From: Escherichia virus TH42
Sequence record: MT446413.1
Reading direction: 5' to 3' (one strand)
DNA length: 64,000 bases
Part shown: positions 27,929-38,602 of the stretch, in pieces
How positions within the stretch are numbered: the first letter of the stretch is position 1
Layout: every line of letters begins with the position of its first letter
Program-made: the position numbers and the translations under genes
The notes under the pieces: model-generated
The model's database searches: none
Seen by the model: the letters and a program-made list of their open reading frames with translations, nothing else
Told to the model about the DNA's origin: nothing

Positions 27929-27953
27929 GAAAAAAGCGCCTCAAAAGGGCGCT
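27929..27953 (-). terminator. intrinsic terminator (minus strand) after 27974..28315
   Basis: Minus-strand AGCGCC-CUUUUGA-GGCGCU then UUUUUUCAUUU. Confidence 0.5.
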
Positions 27954-27973
27954 TAGGAAGTCTTACGGGTTGG

Positions 27974-28315
27974 TTACGGATTGGTGCAAGTGCCGTTACC
28001 GGATGATATTTCGTTCATCGACTCATCGAACAACGTCATACTAGACCGCATCATGTGATCAATAGTAATTTGTTTGCCTGTAGCTTCGTTAACAAGCATC
28101 GCATATTTGCTATCAACAACCTTGTTGTCGTAGTCATTCAGGTCAATCAATACTACCTTGCTGGACTTCTTGCCAGTGTCGTAATTTTCCATAAGGTAGG
28201 TACATTGCAGGCCATCGAGATTAGCCTCATTGAATACGGCAGCATAAGACACGGAAGAAACAGCGAACAAGGCAGCACATACAGCTAATTTAATTTTCAT
28301 AATCCAATCCTCCAA
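27974..28315 (-). CDS. secreted/periplasmic small protein
   Basis: 113 aa; signal-peptide-like MKIKLAVCAALFAVSSVSYAAVF (internal ATG probable start); terminator downstream. Confidence 0.45.
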   Translation of the reverse strand: MEDWIMKIKLAVCAALFAVSSVSYAAVFNEANLDGLQCTYLMENYDTGKKSSKVVLIDLNDYDNKVVDSKYAMLVNEATGKQITIDHMMRSSMTLFDESMNEISSGNGTCTNP

Positions 28316-28427
28316 TACGATTGGGGCAATCCTTAAAAAGAACGTGCAACATAAGAAATCATGTCATAGGTAAATAACATGATACAGAAAGCAATCAGGC
28401 AATGCAAAAAGTATTTATGAATCACCA

Positions 28428-28676
28428 TTAACGATCCTCGACGGTTAACAGTTCTTCCAGTGATAGACCGGATTTAACCAGCAAATCACGATATTCGTTA
28501 GCATCCATCGGATCAAGGCCGGACAACCGGGCAATAGTCATGCGTGCATGTGCTGAAGACAAGGAAGCCAAAGCACGGATAGGAATCAGTACAAGCCCAT
28601 ATTTACCGCTGATAACCAAATCACCATGCTGGATGCACATATGGGAGTTTATTACGGTTGCAAATGATTCGTTCAC
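28428..28676 (-). CDS. hypothetical protein
   Basis: 82 aa ORF. Confidence 0.35.
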   Translation of the reverse strand: MNESFATVINSHMCIQHGDLVISGKYGLVLIPIRALASLSSAHARMTIARLSGLDPMDANEYRDLLVKSGLSLEELLTVEDR

Positions 28677-29536
28677 TGGATAGCCTCACAATTAGCAAAG
28701 TTAATAAAGGTTGTATAAACTGCTACACCGTCATTGTAAGCAGTGGTAGCGAGTACAGTTTCACTAACATCACCATAGCTAACGAGATTAGTCACGAACT
28801 GTAATTTCTCTTTCTCAACCTTCTGATATAGAGAGTATGTAACCATGTCATGATCACTATCAGCACGCTTTAAATTAATAACCGACTGAATGCCTGATTT
28901 CTCACTTAACGGGGTAAGAGTGACACGCACATCTTTTACGGTTACAGAGTTAAAATGCACCTTCCAGAATGAATCATTACCATCACTGCCAACGTCACGG
29001 CAAGCCATATCAGGAGCATTCTTAAACGTGCTAACAAAGGATTGAAGACCTGTAGAAAGAGAGTCTTTTGCCTGCACATTGGTAGCGATAGCACTAACAC
29101 TGATAGCTGCAACCAGCGCATAACTTGCAAGGTTGACAGACTTCATAATCTTACTTGCAATAGAAGGCTTACTATCTTTCTTCTTCTTGTTCTGAACAGC
29201 TTCAACCATAGCAGACAAGCGGGATAATACTGCGTTAACATCGCGGCAAGATTCAGGCCAATCATTCTGAGTCCAACTATCTAAATTAGCCTGAATGTAA
29301 CAGTTGATAGCATCTTGCATATCTGTAAAACCATTCTCTTTCATTGACTGCTCATCTTCACACTGTAAGGCGTTCGCAGCGGAATCTATGATAAGACAAG
29401 CCAGAATGACAGAGTTTTTAAAGCTGGTGCGAGCTTGCTGGTTATCCATCCATTGAGAAGGCACACCAACGGAAAGACCTAACAGAGAAAGTACATCATT
29501 TGCCTGATTCAAGTATTTAATTGCTAACTTTGACAT
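28673..29536 (-). CDS. hypothetical protein
   Basis: Start at internal ATG (MSKLAIKYLNQ...) with AAGGA SD; track ORF begins at TTG 29569. Confidence 0.45.
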   Translation of the reverse strand: MSKLAIKYLNQANDVLSLLGLSVGVPSQWMDNQQARTSFKNSVILACLIIDSAANALQCEDEQSMKENGFTDMQDAINCYIQANLDSWTQNDWPESCRDVNAVLSRLSAMVEAVQNKKKKDSKPSIASKIMKSVNLASYALVAAISVSAIATNVQAKDSLSTGLQSFVSTFKNAPDMACRDVGSDGNDSFWKVHFNSVTVKDVRVTLTPLSEKSGIQSVINLKRADSDHDMVTYSLYQKVEKEKLQFVTNLVSYGDVSETVLATTAYNDGVAVYTTFINFANCEAIQ

Positions 29537-29824
29537 TTCATTAATCCTTTCGGTTGATGTGAACTGCAAACTACAGTCGCAACTATATATTAAAGGAAAA
29601 ACATGTCAACCACTTATTTTCAAACTATTTCATAACTCATTGAATCTAAAAGGAATTTAATTTACTAAACTTTCTTACTCAGAGGTACAGCTTACTAACA
29701 GAATGTTACTTTATAACGCTTATAGAACGGGTAGCAGATCAACGGTAACGACAGATGGGTAGAACGTGCCGCATAGGTTAGCCAATGGGTAAGAAGCCTA
29801 ACGAGGAAGGGGAAACGGGTAGGA

Positions 29825-29835
29825 TATAATGTAAG
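29825..29835 (+). promoter_or_regulatory. TATAAT / TAATGTA-type promoter element in control region
   Basis: ggaTATAATGTAAG: TATAAT 29825-29830 overlapping TAATGTAAG 29827-29835. Confidence 0.3.
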
Positions 29836-30059
29836 TTAGTTACAGGTAACAGGTCAGACCATGCGGGAGTTAATTACCAGTCAAATAATTTACTCAAACA
29901 ACAAAAGAAAAAGACCAACAGCACGCTGAAAAAGAAAAAGATTAAAAGAAAGGATTAACATAATCACTTAAGTAAACAATAACCAGTCTAAACATACATA
30001 CATCAATAATCCACTCATAAATAATCACATAAGTTATTACATTCAAACTATGGGGAGTG

Positions 30060-30082
30060 TGTGGGTTGATATAATTGCATGG
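30060..30082 (+). promoter_or_regulatory. extended -10 promoter (rightward)
   Basis: TGaTATAAT at 30067-30075. Confidence 0.4.
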
Positions 30083-30544
30083 TGTTACCATGTGGGTATC
30101 ATTAATGTTCTTACTATTAATACCGGTTAGTTATAGTCTTCTATTAGTATGCCTGTACAGTACATCAGAGTCTAGCCTTTCATCCCTTCTCAACATGAGT
30201 AAGAGAAATACGGGTAGGAAATCACTGGTTAGATATACATGGGTAGATTCGCATTACTAGATAATGCTCATGGGTAAATAATGCATGTCTAATATCAATG
30301 GGTAGGGTATTTATGGGTAGGTGTGCCACTGAACGCAGATAGGGCAAGGCTTAGAGCTTAAAGGCTGATTGATTTCCTAAAGGCGATTGCATTCCCTATA
30401 ACCCTTTTTTAAATGAGGACTCCCCCTTTTACCAAAACACGCTCGGAGGGGCTAGGTCCACTCGGTCAAATCAGAATTTTAAACCCTTATATATAACTAT
30501 ATGCCCCAACGTTAGTTGTGGATTTAAGAGTGAGGAACAACTTT

Positions 30545-30709
30545 ATGTGGAAATTGAAGATGATTATCAGGCAGATTAAATGTAATCACGAGTACTACCC
30601 AATCCGGATATCGAGAGGTGATGAACGGTTACATGCTTATTACAAGAGTACATGGAGGTGTGCAGATTGTGGTAAGGTTAAGAATAGTAAATGGGTGGAT
30701 AGGCCTTAA
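30545..30709 (+). CDS. small zinc-ribbon protein
   Basis: Start at ATG (MWKLKMIIRQIKCNHEYY...RCADCGKVKNS) with GAGG SD; track ORF begins at GTG 30518. Confidence 0.35.
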   Translation: MWKLKMIIRQIKCNHEYYPIRISRGDERLHAYYKSTWRCADCGKVKNSKWVDRP

Positions 30710-30831
30710 CATGACATGGCCTTTATGAAGTCCCCTTTACATCAGCGTACATGGGTTCATACATGGGTGGGCCTTTAGATGAGTAAGCCTTTATGGGTTG
30801 ATCACTCTCGTTTATCAGAGGAGATATAAAA

Positions 30832-31080
30832 ATGATTCTAGACTTTTTATCAGAGCTGCTTCCTTACTTCCGCACTGAAAGATGTGCATTTGTATTTGAT
30901 GAAGGGGAGGAGGTATTGAGTTGTTTGGGTAGATTAGTAGACCTAGATGACGATGAAGATTTTGATGCTACGATGGATATTAGTTCATTGGGCTGGTTGT
31001 ACATGAGATGCTTTGTAACCTACAAGGCTGAGACGTTTAAAGACTATCGTTATAACACGGAAGGAGAGAATGATGAATAA
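30832..31080 (+). CDS. acidic hypothetical protein
   Basis: 82 aa ORF; DLDDDEDFD tract. Confidence 0.4.
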   Translation: MILDFLSELLPYFRTERCAFVFDEGEEVLSCLGRLVDLDDDEDFDATMDISSLGWLYMRCFVTYKAETFKDYRYNTEGENDE

Positions 31081-31726
31081 TATGACAGGAACTAATACAC
31101 TGAATGCAATCTACGAGAACATGGGATGTAAAGGCGAGGTTGTTTACAATGGTAATCTCCGTCCCTTATCAGAGGACACTCTCTATCTGAATCGTGTTCA
31201 TGAAACCACTGGAGGTAAATCCCGAGTTGAGATGGTAAAACAATTGGCTCATGGTTCTGTGTATGGTCATGCTCCTTCAACCCGTGAACTATGGGAAAGT
31301 TTGATTCCTCGTACAGAAGCTAAAGATGTGAAAGATTATTTTACTGTAGCAAAAGAAGTTAAACGCAAGTGTCCATCCAATTTAGAAGTTGTTCCGTATG
31401 TATCTGACAAACATGCACACCTACCGGATTATGCCCGTGAGATGATTGAGATGATAGAAGAAGCTGAGTATGAAGCTCTGAATAATTATTTAAATTCGAA
31501 AGATCAGTGGTCACGTAATGTAGTAATTGATGAAGAAGGTAATGAAGTAGTTACGTGGGTACATGCTAGTGAACAAGCTCTGGACCCCGAGCTTGAAGAA
31601 TACAAAAAATTTTTGGCGTCCTCTTCTTTTGATGTAGAGAATGACAAATCTGTTCCAGTGACTTGGGAAGGTGAAACTGTAGCTCTCCAGACTTTGTTCA
31701 ACCTACACGTAGGTAATGTAGATTAA
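31070..31726 (+). CDS. hypothetical protein
   Basis: 218 aa ORF; intrinsic terminator follows. Confidence 0.5.
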   Translation: MMNNMTGTNTLNAIYENMGCKGEVVYNGNLRPLSEDTLYLNRVHETTGGKSRVEMVKQLAHGSVYGHAPSTRELWESLIPRTEAKDVKDYFTVAKEVKRKCPSNLEVVPYVSDKHAHLPDYAREMIEMIEEAEYEALNNYLNSKDQWSRNVVIDEEGNEVVTWVHASEQALDPELEEYKKFLASSSFDVENDKSVPVTWEGETVALQTLFNLHVGNVD

Positions 31727-31737
31727 TAAAAGGTGTT

Positions 31738-31762
31738 GCCTCCTCTAGTGGGAGGCTTTTTG
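31738..31762 (+). terminator. intrinsic terminator
   Basis: GCCUCC-UCUAGUG-GGAGGC then UUUUUGUU. Confidence 0.5.
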
Positions 31763-31771
31763 TTATAACGA

Positions 31772-31780
31772 TAATGTAGA
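31772..31780 (+). promoter_or_regulatory. candidate phage-sigma-dependent promoter motif (TAATGTAGA)
   Basis: Matches TAATGTATA-like motif just upstream of 31792 gene start. Confidence 0.3.
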
Positions 31781-31791
31781 AGGAGTATAAG

Positions 31792-32259
31792 ATGTTTGGA
31801 GAAAAAGGAGAACTCACGCCTGCACAGGTAGCTGAGGTTACAGGAAGATTACCCGGTGTAACTGATGAATTGGAAAACCGTGGTATGGAGCCAAGCACAG
31901 GGAAGTTCCAAAAGGGAAATAAGTTCGGACGACCCAAAGGTAGTAGAGGTAAGTTGACACAGCTCATGTTGGACCGAGTTGCTTCAAGTCATCTGTCCCC
32001 TGATGAAGTGTTGATTCAAATTTATGAAGATCCAAATATTCCACCTGATCTTAGATTCAAGGCTGCAAGTAAAGTTGCAGATCTGGTATATCCGAAGGCA
32101 GCTTCTGTTGAGATTAAGATTGAGGAAGAGAATGTAATTAATGAAGATTCATTGAACGCACAAATCAAGGACTTCTTGGCTGGAGCATTAGGTGCAGATG
32201 TGCTACCTCCAGAGGACTCTGAGGACGCTGAAAAGGAGGAGGAAGCGGACGAGAGTTAA
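31792..32259 (+). CDS. candidate terminase small subunit
   Basis: 155 aa; immediately upstream of terminase large subunit; acidic C-terminus; assignment by position only. Confidence 0.4.
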   Translation: MFGEKGELTPAQVAEVTGRLPGVTDELENRGMEPSTGKFQKGNKFGRPKGSRGKLTQLMLDRVASSHLSPDEVLIQIYEDPNIPPDLRFKAASKVADLVYPKAASVEIKIEEENVINEDSLNAQIKDFLAGALGADVLPPEDSEDAEKEEEADES

Positions 32260-32325
32260 TAGGAATAAAGGGGAGGGTTCTTTTCGCGAGGGATCTCTCC
32301 CTTTTCTATTTTAATTGGAGGAAAC

Positions 32326-33867
32326 ATGTCATTAGATAAAGAAATATATGAAGCACTAACTGGAGACAAACTATCGGTAGAGGAGAAGAAGGCTCTGCTT
32401 GAAATGCTGAAGGATAGAGATCAATGGAGAAAGTATAATAGGATTCTTTCTTTTAAAGCATACCAGTTTCAGAAAGACTTTTATGCAGCGGGACTGAAGC
32501 ATCGCTTTAGATTCCTGTGTGCAGCTAACCGTGTTGGTAAATCTTACAGCGAGGCATACGAGTTTGCTTGTCATGTCACAGGTCGCTACCCAACTTGGTG
32601 GACAGGATATAGATTTAATCGACCCATATTGGCTTGGGCAGTAGGGATTACAGGGGACTCTACAAGAAAGGTATTGCAAAAGGAATTGTTTGGAACACCT
32701 ATCGGAAAGGATACAAACTTATTAGGGACGGGTGTTATTCCTCGTGATGCTATCGTCATTGACACGATAGAACGAGATGGAAACAAATTACAGATCGTAC
32801 AAATCAAGCACCAAAATGCTAGAGGCGAATTTGATGGGCTGAGTACGTTAGAGTTTCGTTCTACCCAACAAGGTGAACACACATTAATGGGTGCTACAGT
32901 GGATTACATTTGGCTGGATGAAGAAGATCCTTATGAAAGTATGGCAATCTTCTCTCAGTGCGTAACACGTACACTTACTACTAAAGGTTTAGTTACGATT
33001 ACAGCTACACCAGAGAACGGATTAACAGAGCTGGTGGACAAGTTTATGAAAGGTGAAGGGGACGAGAACACAGGTTCTCTATATTTCCAAAATGCTTCTT
33101 GGTGGGATGCTCATGTGGACCTAGGTGGTCACATCTCTGACCAAGATATAAAGGATATGACAGAAGGTATTCCGGCATGGCAGCTAGAGATGCGCTCTAA
33201 AGGTATGCCTCTGTTGGGTTCAGGTTTGATTTATGATGTATCTGATGATTCAATTAAGTGTGACCCGTTTGAAATTCCTGATACGTGGAAACGTGTTTGT
33301 GCCATTGATATTGGTATTGATCACCCGACGGCAGCTGTATGGTCAGCTTATGATGCTAACACCGATACAATCTACATTTATGACTGCTATAAAGAAAGTG
33401 GCTTTACTCCAGTGTATCATGCACCAGCTATTAATGGTCGTGGTCAGTGGATTCCAGTCATTCTTCCTCACGATGCTGATAACATTGAGAAGGGAAGTGG
33501 TGCTTCTGTAGCACAATTCTATAAAAATGCAGGAGTAAACGTACAAAATGATACCTTCCATAACAAGATCGGAATGGATGGTAAGAAGAACTTCTTTGTG
33601 GAGCCAGGAATTACTGATATTCGTGAGCGTATGATGTCAGGTCGATTCAAAGTCTTTAATACTACCGCATGTGCTAAGCTCTTTGAAGAGAAAGCACGTT
33701 ACCATCGAAAAGTTGGTAAGATTATTAAAGAACATGATGACCTTATGGACGCAATGCGATATTCAGCTTGTTCTGTTACACACAGAGGTCGGTCTAAGCA
33801 TGACGCTAGCTATGGTAGCTCGTCGCTTTATCAAGAAAATATTAACAGATGGAATCAAAGCTACTAA
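32326..33867 (+). CDS. terminase large subunit
   Basis: 513 aa; Walker A-like CAANRVGKS, ATPase plus C-terminal nuclease-type acidic residues; precedes portal. Confidence 0.75.
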   Translation: MSLDKEIYEALTGDKLSVEEKKALLEMLKDRDQWRKYNRILSFKAYQFQKDFYAAGLKHRFRFLCAANRVGKSYSEAYEFACHVTGRYPTWWTGYRFNRPILAWAVGITGDSTRKVLQKELFGTPIGKDTNLLGTGVIPRDAIVIDTIERDGNKLQIVQIKHQNARGEFDGLSTLEFRSTQQGEHTLMGATVDYIWLDEEDPYESMAIFSQCVTRTLTTKGLVTITATPENGLTELVDKFMKGEGDENTGSLYFQNASWWDAHVDLGGHISDQDIKDMTEGIPAWQLEMRSKGMPLLGSGLIYDVSDDSIKCDPFEIPDTWKRVCAIDIGIDHPTAAVWSAYDANTDTIYIYDCYKESGFTPVYHAPAINGRGQWIPVILPHDADNIEKGSGASVAQFYKNAGVNVQNDTFHNKIGMDGKKNFFVEPGITDIRERMMSGRFKVFNTTACAKLFEEKARYHRKVGKIIKEHDDLMDAMRYSACSVTHRGRSKHDASYGSSSLYQENINRWNQSY

Positions 33868-33875
33868 ATATAGTG

Positions 33876-33895
33876 GGGAGGCTAGTCCTCCCTTT
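33876..33895 (+). terminator. weak terminator-like hairpin after terminase gene
   Basis: GGGAGG-CUAGU-CCUCCC then UUU only. Confidence 0.3.
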
Positions 33896-33934
33896 AGTAG
33901 TTTACTCCAAGCTATCAACCGAGGGAGAGATTAG

Positions 33935-36178
33935 ATGGCTAAGAAGAAATTTAGTGAAGATATTTTGGATGAATTACGCGTTGACCTTCAACGTCGATTC
34001 AATTATGCACAAGGTTATGTAGACCTCGCTGTAAAAGGTTATTCTCGTGAAGCATGGGAATACTTCTACGGAAACTTACCAGCTCCAGTAACTGCTGGAA
34101 GCTCTAGTTGGGTAGATCGTACAGTATGGGAGTCTGTTAACGGAACTCTCCAAGATATCATTAACGTATTCTGTTCAGGCGATGAAGCGGTGACGTTTGT
34201 TGCGGACAACCAAGCAGATTCGGATGCAGCTGATGTAGCAACTAAGCTGGTAAACCAAATCTTGCTTCGTGATAATCCGGGATATAACATCATTTCCTCA
34301 GCGGCTCAGGAATGTCTGGTTACACGTAACTCTTTTATCAAATACTATTGGGATGAACAAACCTCCACTCAAACAGAAGAGGCTGAGGGCGTACCTCCAG
34401 AAGCTTTGGCTGCATACGTACAAGGTATGGAAGCAGGCGGACTTCAAGATTTAGAAATCTTTACCACTGAAAACGATGATGGAACAGTGGATGTTAAAGT
34501 AACTTACAAACAAACAGTAAAACGTGTTAAAGTAGAATATGTTCCTTCAGAGCAAATCTTTGTTGATGAACATGCTACCTCTTTTGCAGATGCTCAGTAT
34601 TTCTGTCATCGCACACGTAAATCTAAAGATGATTTATTAGCAATGGGCTTCCCTAAAGACGAGATCGAAGCGTTTAACGACTGGACTGATACAATGGACA
34701 CCACTCAGTCTACAGTTGCTTGGTCACGTACTGACTGGAGACAGGACATTGATGCAGACATTGGTGTGGACACTGAAGATGTGGCTTGCATGGTTTGGGT
34801 TTATGAGCATTACATCCGTACAGGTGTATTGGATAATAACAAAGAATCTAAACTCTATCAAGTAATCCAAGCAGGTGAGCATATTCTCTCTTGTGAAGAA
34901 GTAACTAGCATTCCGTTTGTTACTTTCTGTCCTTACCCTATTCCGGGTTCCTTCTATGGTCAATCCGTGTATGACATTACTAAAGATATTCAAGACCTAC
35001 GTACAGCACTTGTCCGTGGTTACATTGATAACGTTAACAACGCAAACTATGGTCGATATAAAGCCATTGTAGGAGCCTATGACCGTCGTTCTTTACTAGA
35101 CAACCGTCCGGGTGGTGTAGTTGAAATGGAGCGTCAGGATGCGATTGATCTCTTCCCTTACCACAACCTACCTCAAGGTATTGATGGTCTGTTAGGAATG
35201 TCTGAAGAGTTGAAAGAAACTCGTACAGGTGTTACTAAACTTGGTATGGGTATTAACCCTGATGTATTTAAGAATGATAACGCATATGCAACCGTAGGTT
35301 TAATGATGAATGCTGCACAGAACCGTCTCCGTATGGTCTGTCGTAACATTGCTCATAATGGTATGGTTGAATTAATGCGTGGTATTTACAACCTTGTCAG
35401 AGAAAATGGTGAAGTTCCTTTACAGGTTCAAACCCCTCGTGGCATGGTTGAAGTAAATCCTAAACAATTACCAGCTCGTCATAATTTACAAGTTGTTGTA
35501 GCTATCTCTCCTACTGAGAAATCAGAACGTGCACAGAAACTGATTAGCCTGAAGCAATTGATTGCTGCTGATGCTCAGCTTGCACCTCTCTTTACTCTGG
35601 AGCAAGATCGTTATATGACTGCACAGATCTTTGAGTTGATGGGTATTAAAGACACTCATAAATATCTTATGCCTCTTGAACAGTATCAACCTCCTCAGCC
35701 TTCTCCGATGGAAATCCTCCAGCTCGAGATGACTAAAGCTCAGGTTGAGAACGTACAGGCTTCTTCTCAGAAGATGATTGCTGATGCATTCGACCAGCGT
35801 GAACGTACTACGTTTGAACAGCAGAAAGCTGCGGACGAGTTCAGCTTACGTCAAGAAGAATTGCAATTCAAGCAAGAGAATGCTGCTGATCAGATGACTC
35901 TTGAAAATCGTAAGGAAGATAACTCAGCTACTCTTGAACAAGCTAAGCATAAGCTTTCTCTCCTTCAGCAACAGGTTCGTCAATATGAATCTATACTGAA
36001 AGAACTTCAGATGACTATGAATCATCAGGTTGATCTTGAGAAGGTAGACCAGCAAGCTAAAATTCAAGATAAGACTTTGGAACTCCAAAAGAAAGAAGCA
36101 AATGAAACTAAGAAAGAACAACAAAGTTCTCTCAAAGATTCTAGGATTCCTAATAGAAAGCTTGGTAGTAGAAAATAA
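33935..36178 (+). CDS. portal protein
   Basis: 747 aa; position between terminase and scaffold; coiled-coil C-terminus. Confidence 0.55.
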   Translation: MAKKKFSEDILDELRVDLQRRFNYAQGYVDLAVKGYSREAWEYFYGNLPAPVTAGSSSWVDRTVWESVNGTLQDIINVFCSGDEAVTFVADNQADSDAADVATKLVNQILLRDNPGYNIISSAAQECLVTRNSFIKYYWDEQTSTQTEEAEGVPPEALAAYVQGMEAGGLQDLEIFTTENDDGTVDVKVTYKQTVKRVKVEYVPSEQIFVDEHATSFADAQYFCHRTRKSKDDLLAMGFPKDEIEAFNDWTDTMDTTQSTVAWSRTDWRQDIDADIGVDTEDVACMVWVYEHYIRTGVLDNNKESKLYQVIQAGEHILSCEEVTSIPFVTFCPYPIPGSFYGQSVYDITKDIQDLRTALVRGYIDNVNNANYGRYKAIVGAYDRRSLLDNRPGGVVEMERQDAIDLFPYHNLPQGIDGLLGMSEELKETRTGVTKLGMGINPDVFKNDNAYATVGLMMNAAQNRLRMVCRNIAHNGMVELMRGIYNLVRENGEVPLQVQTPRGMVEVNPKQLPARHNLQVVVAISPTEKSERAQKLISLKQLIAADAQLAPLFTLEQDRYMTAQIFELMGIKDTHKYLMPLEQYQPPQPSPMEILQLEMTKAQVENVQASSQKMIADAFDQRERTTFEQQKAADEFSLRQEELQFKQENAADQMTLENRKEDNSATLEQAKHKLSLLQQQVRQYESILKELQMTMNHQVDLEKVDQQAKIQDKTLELQKKEANETKKEQQSSLKDSRIPNRKLGSRK

Positions 36179-36187
36179 GGACACTAA

Positions 36188-36424
36188 ATGAATACTAGAC
36201 AACAATTCAATAAAGAGCATGCCGCCGCTTTGGCGGCTCTCAATCATAACGGCATTCTTGACGCAGCATTAGAGGCATTAAAAGAAACCCTCATGAAAGA
36301 CATAGTTTTAACTGATGTGCATGAGTCAAAGAAACGCGAAGAGTGTTATCAAAAGTATAAAATGGTTGGTAGCTTAAAAGAGGTCATAAAAGCTGCTATC
36401 AATAGTGCAGGAGATAATTCCTAA
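36188..36424 (+). CDS. hypothetical protein
   Basis: 78 aa ORF between portal and scaffold. Confidence 0.4.
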   Translation: MNTRQQFNKEHAAALAALNHNGILDAALEALKETLMKDIVLTDVHESKKREECYQKYKMVGSLKEVIKAAINSAGDNS

Positions 36425-37503
36425 TGGCAAATGAATTTTTAGACCCAAACGATTTTAAATCATTCCTCCAACTTGATGACTTGAAAGGATCTTTTAAAGA
36501 AGACCTAAGTCGATTAGAATCTGAACAAGAACCAGAAGTGGACATTGACAGTGAGTTTCCAGAAGATACTGGAGATAACTTTGACTTTGATTCCGACCTT
36601 CTCGGTAAGGGTGATGAACTCACGTTCGAAGATGAAGAAGGATGGGATGATTCAGAAGAGGAAGGAGAAGACGATGAAGGTGATTCAGACGACGACTCTG
36701 ATGAAGTTGTTGAAGATGAAGAACCAAGTGATGTAGATCACGATGATTCTACTGACAGTGAATACGAAGAAGGTGACGCTTTCGACGTAGATTATGAAAC
36801 TGTTATCACCCTTCCTGATGGTCGTGAGATGACTATTGAAGAGTTATCAAATGGCTATGTTACTGGCTCCGATATGACTGAACGGGAAGCTGTTCTTCAG
36901 CGTCATGTTGAAGCTTTTGAAGAGCGTGTAGGTGGTTTAGCGGATGTATTAGAATTAGCGTCCTTAGAAGCAGACCGAGTAATTGAAGATTATAACGGTT
37001 TTGATTGGGACAAGCTAGCAGTTGAAGATCCACAAGCCTATGTTGAAAACAAACGCTTTTTAGAGAAGTACACTGCTCGTCGTCAGCAGCTTGAACAAGC
37101 GCAAGTTAAGATCAAGCAAGATGCAGCAGCAAAAGAACAGCAAGCCTTCCAAGCTAAATGTACCGAATGTGTTAATGTATTGAAACGTGAAATTCCTAAT
37201 TGGGATGACAGTGTTTATCAGAATCTGATGCAATATGCAATTGATCTCGGTGCTACAGAAGAAGAAGTCTTGAAAGAGAATCGTCCGTCTATTTTCCTAG
37301 CTTTGCACAAAGCATACCAATTCGATAAAGGTAAGCAACAAGTAATGGCTAAGATTAAACGTCCGGGTTCTCCACGTAAGGTTGTGAAGTCCGACTCTTC
37401 TAAGTCTCGTACTTCCAATACGCCAGACAACGCTAAGGTTGCCAAGGCATTTTCAGAGGGTCGAATTCGTCACGAAGATGCATTTAAGTATCTCGTAGAT
37501 TAA
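36424..37503 (+). CDS. scaffolding protein
   Basis: 359 aa; extremely acidic N-terminal half (poly-D/E), helical C-terminus; directly upstream of capsid gene. Confidence 0.5.
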   Translation: MANEFLDPNDFKSFLQLDDLKGSFKEDLSRLESEQEPEVDIDSEFPEDTGDNFDFDSDLLGKGDELTFEDEEGWDDSEEEGEDDEGDSDDDSDEVVEDEEPSDVDHDDSTDSEYEEGDAFDVDYETVITLPDGREMTIEELSNGYVTGSDMTEREAVLQRHVEAFEERVGGLADVLELASLEADRVIEDYNGFDWDKLAVEDPQAYVENKRFLEKYTARRQQLEQAQVKIKQDAAAKEQQAFQAKCTECVNVLKREIPNWDDSVYQNLMQYAIDLGATEEEVLKENRPSIFLALHKAYQFDKGKQQVMAKIKRPGSPRKVVKSDSSKSRTSNTPDNAKVAKAFSEGRIRHEDAFKYLVD

Positions 37504-37543
37504 TCGACAAATTATTTTTAAATAGTATAGGAGCTAACATAAC

Positions 37544-38602
37544 ATGGCAAATCCAACTTTATTTGTATCTTACGACCAGAACGGTAAAAAACTTTCTTTT
37601 GCTAACTGGATTTCTGTCCTCTCTCCGCAAGATACTCCGTTTGTGTCTATGACTGGTAAAGAGTCTATCAACCAGACTATTTTCAGCTGGCAGACCGATG
37701 CACTGGCAAGTGTTGATGCTAACAACGCACACGTTGAAGGCTCTCGCGCTGATGACGGTGAAATGCAACCGACTGTTATCAAATCTAACGTAACTCAGAT
37801 CCTGCGTAAAGTAGTTCGTGTTTCTGATACTGCTAACACCACCGCTAACTACGGTCGTGGTCGTGAACTGATGTATCAGCTGGAGAAGAAAGGTAAAGAG
37901 ATTAAACGTGACCTCGAGAAAATCTTGCTGTCCGGTCAGGCTCGTACCGACGTTCTGGCTGACCAGTATCTGACTAACTCAGCAGCTGATCCTGCTCTGG
38001 CTGGTCTGAATGACACTCATGCAGCTCGTAAGACTGGTGCTTTCCAGTTCCTGTGTGCCCATGGTGGTCTGTCTGGTAGCGTTGTTGATAAGACTAAGAA
38101 CGGTCCTGCTGACCCGGATACCGGTGCAGTAACTGTTAAAGTTGCACAGAACGCATCTAACCCTACCACTAACGTAGGTTTTGATGAAGCAGATATCTTT
38201 GATATGACCCTTCAGCTGTATACCGCAGGTTCTGAAGCTGATATCATCATGATTAACCCTGCTCACGCTAGCGTTTTCGCTAAGCTGCAGGAAAACTCTG
38301 TTGGTTCTCGTCAGCGTATCTTTGAGAACACTAAACAATTCATCTACGAAGTTAATAGCATCACCGACCCGCTGGGTCAGAGTTATAAAATCATCGTTAA
38401 CCGTTGGATGCCTACTGATGCAGTTTACTTCTTCCGTAGCTCTGATTGGACGCAGATGGTTCTTCGTGCACCGAAGCGTACTGAACTGGCTAAAGACGGT
38501 TCTTACGAGAAGTGGATGATCGAGATGGAAGTTGGTCTGCGTCACCGCAACCCGTATGCTTCCGGTGTTCTGTTCACTGCTGCGGGAAAGGTAGCGGCGT
38601 AA
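37544..38602 (+). CDS. major capsid protein
   Basis: 352 aa; position after scaffold; strong SD; slippery heptamer and stem-loop at 3' end leading into an Ig-like frame. Confidence 0.6.
   Translation: MANPTLFVSYDQNGKKLSFANWISVLSPQDTPFVSMTGKESINQTIFSWQTDALASVDANNAHVEGSRADDGEMQPTVIKSNVTQILRKVVRVSDTANTTANYGRGRELMYQLEKKGKEIKRDLEKILLSGQARTDVLADQYLTNSAADPALAGLNDTHAARKTGAFQFLCAHGGLSGSVVDKTKNGPADPDTGAVTVKVAQNASNPTTNVGFDEADIFDMTLQLYTAGSEADIIMINPAHASVFAKLQENSVGSRQRIFENTKQFIYEVNSITDPLGQSYKIIVNRWMPTDAVYFFRSSDWTQMVLRAPKRTELAKDGSYEKWMIEMEVGLRHRNPYASGVLFTAAGKVAA

Larger units (their letters stand above)
29727..30320. repeat. iterated motif (A/C)(T/C)GGGTA(G/A) with ~30-bp spacing
   Basis: At least nine copies at ~29727, 29755, 29786, 29816, 30210, 30239, 30270, 30298, 30313; looser copies at 30690-30800. 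Confidence 0.5.
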
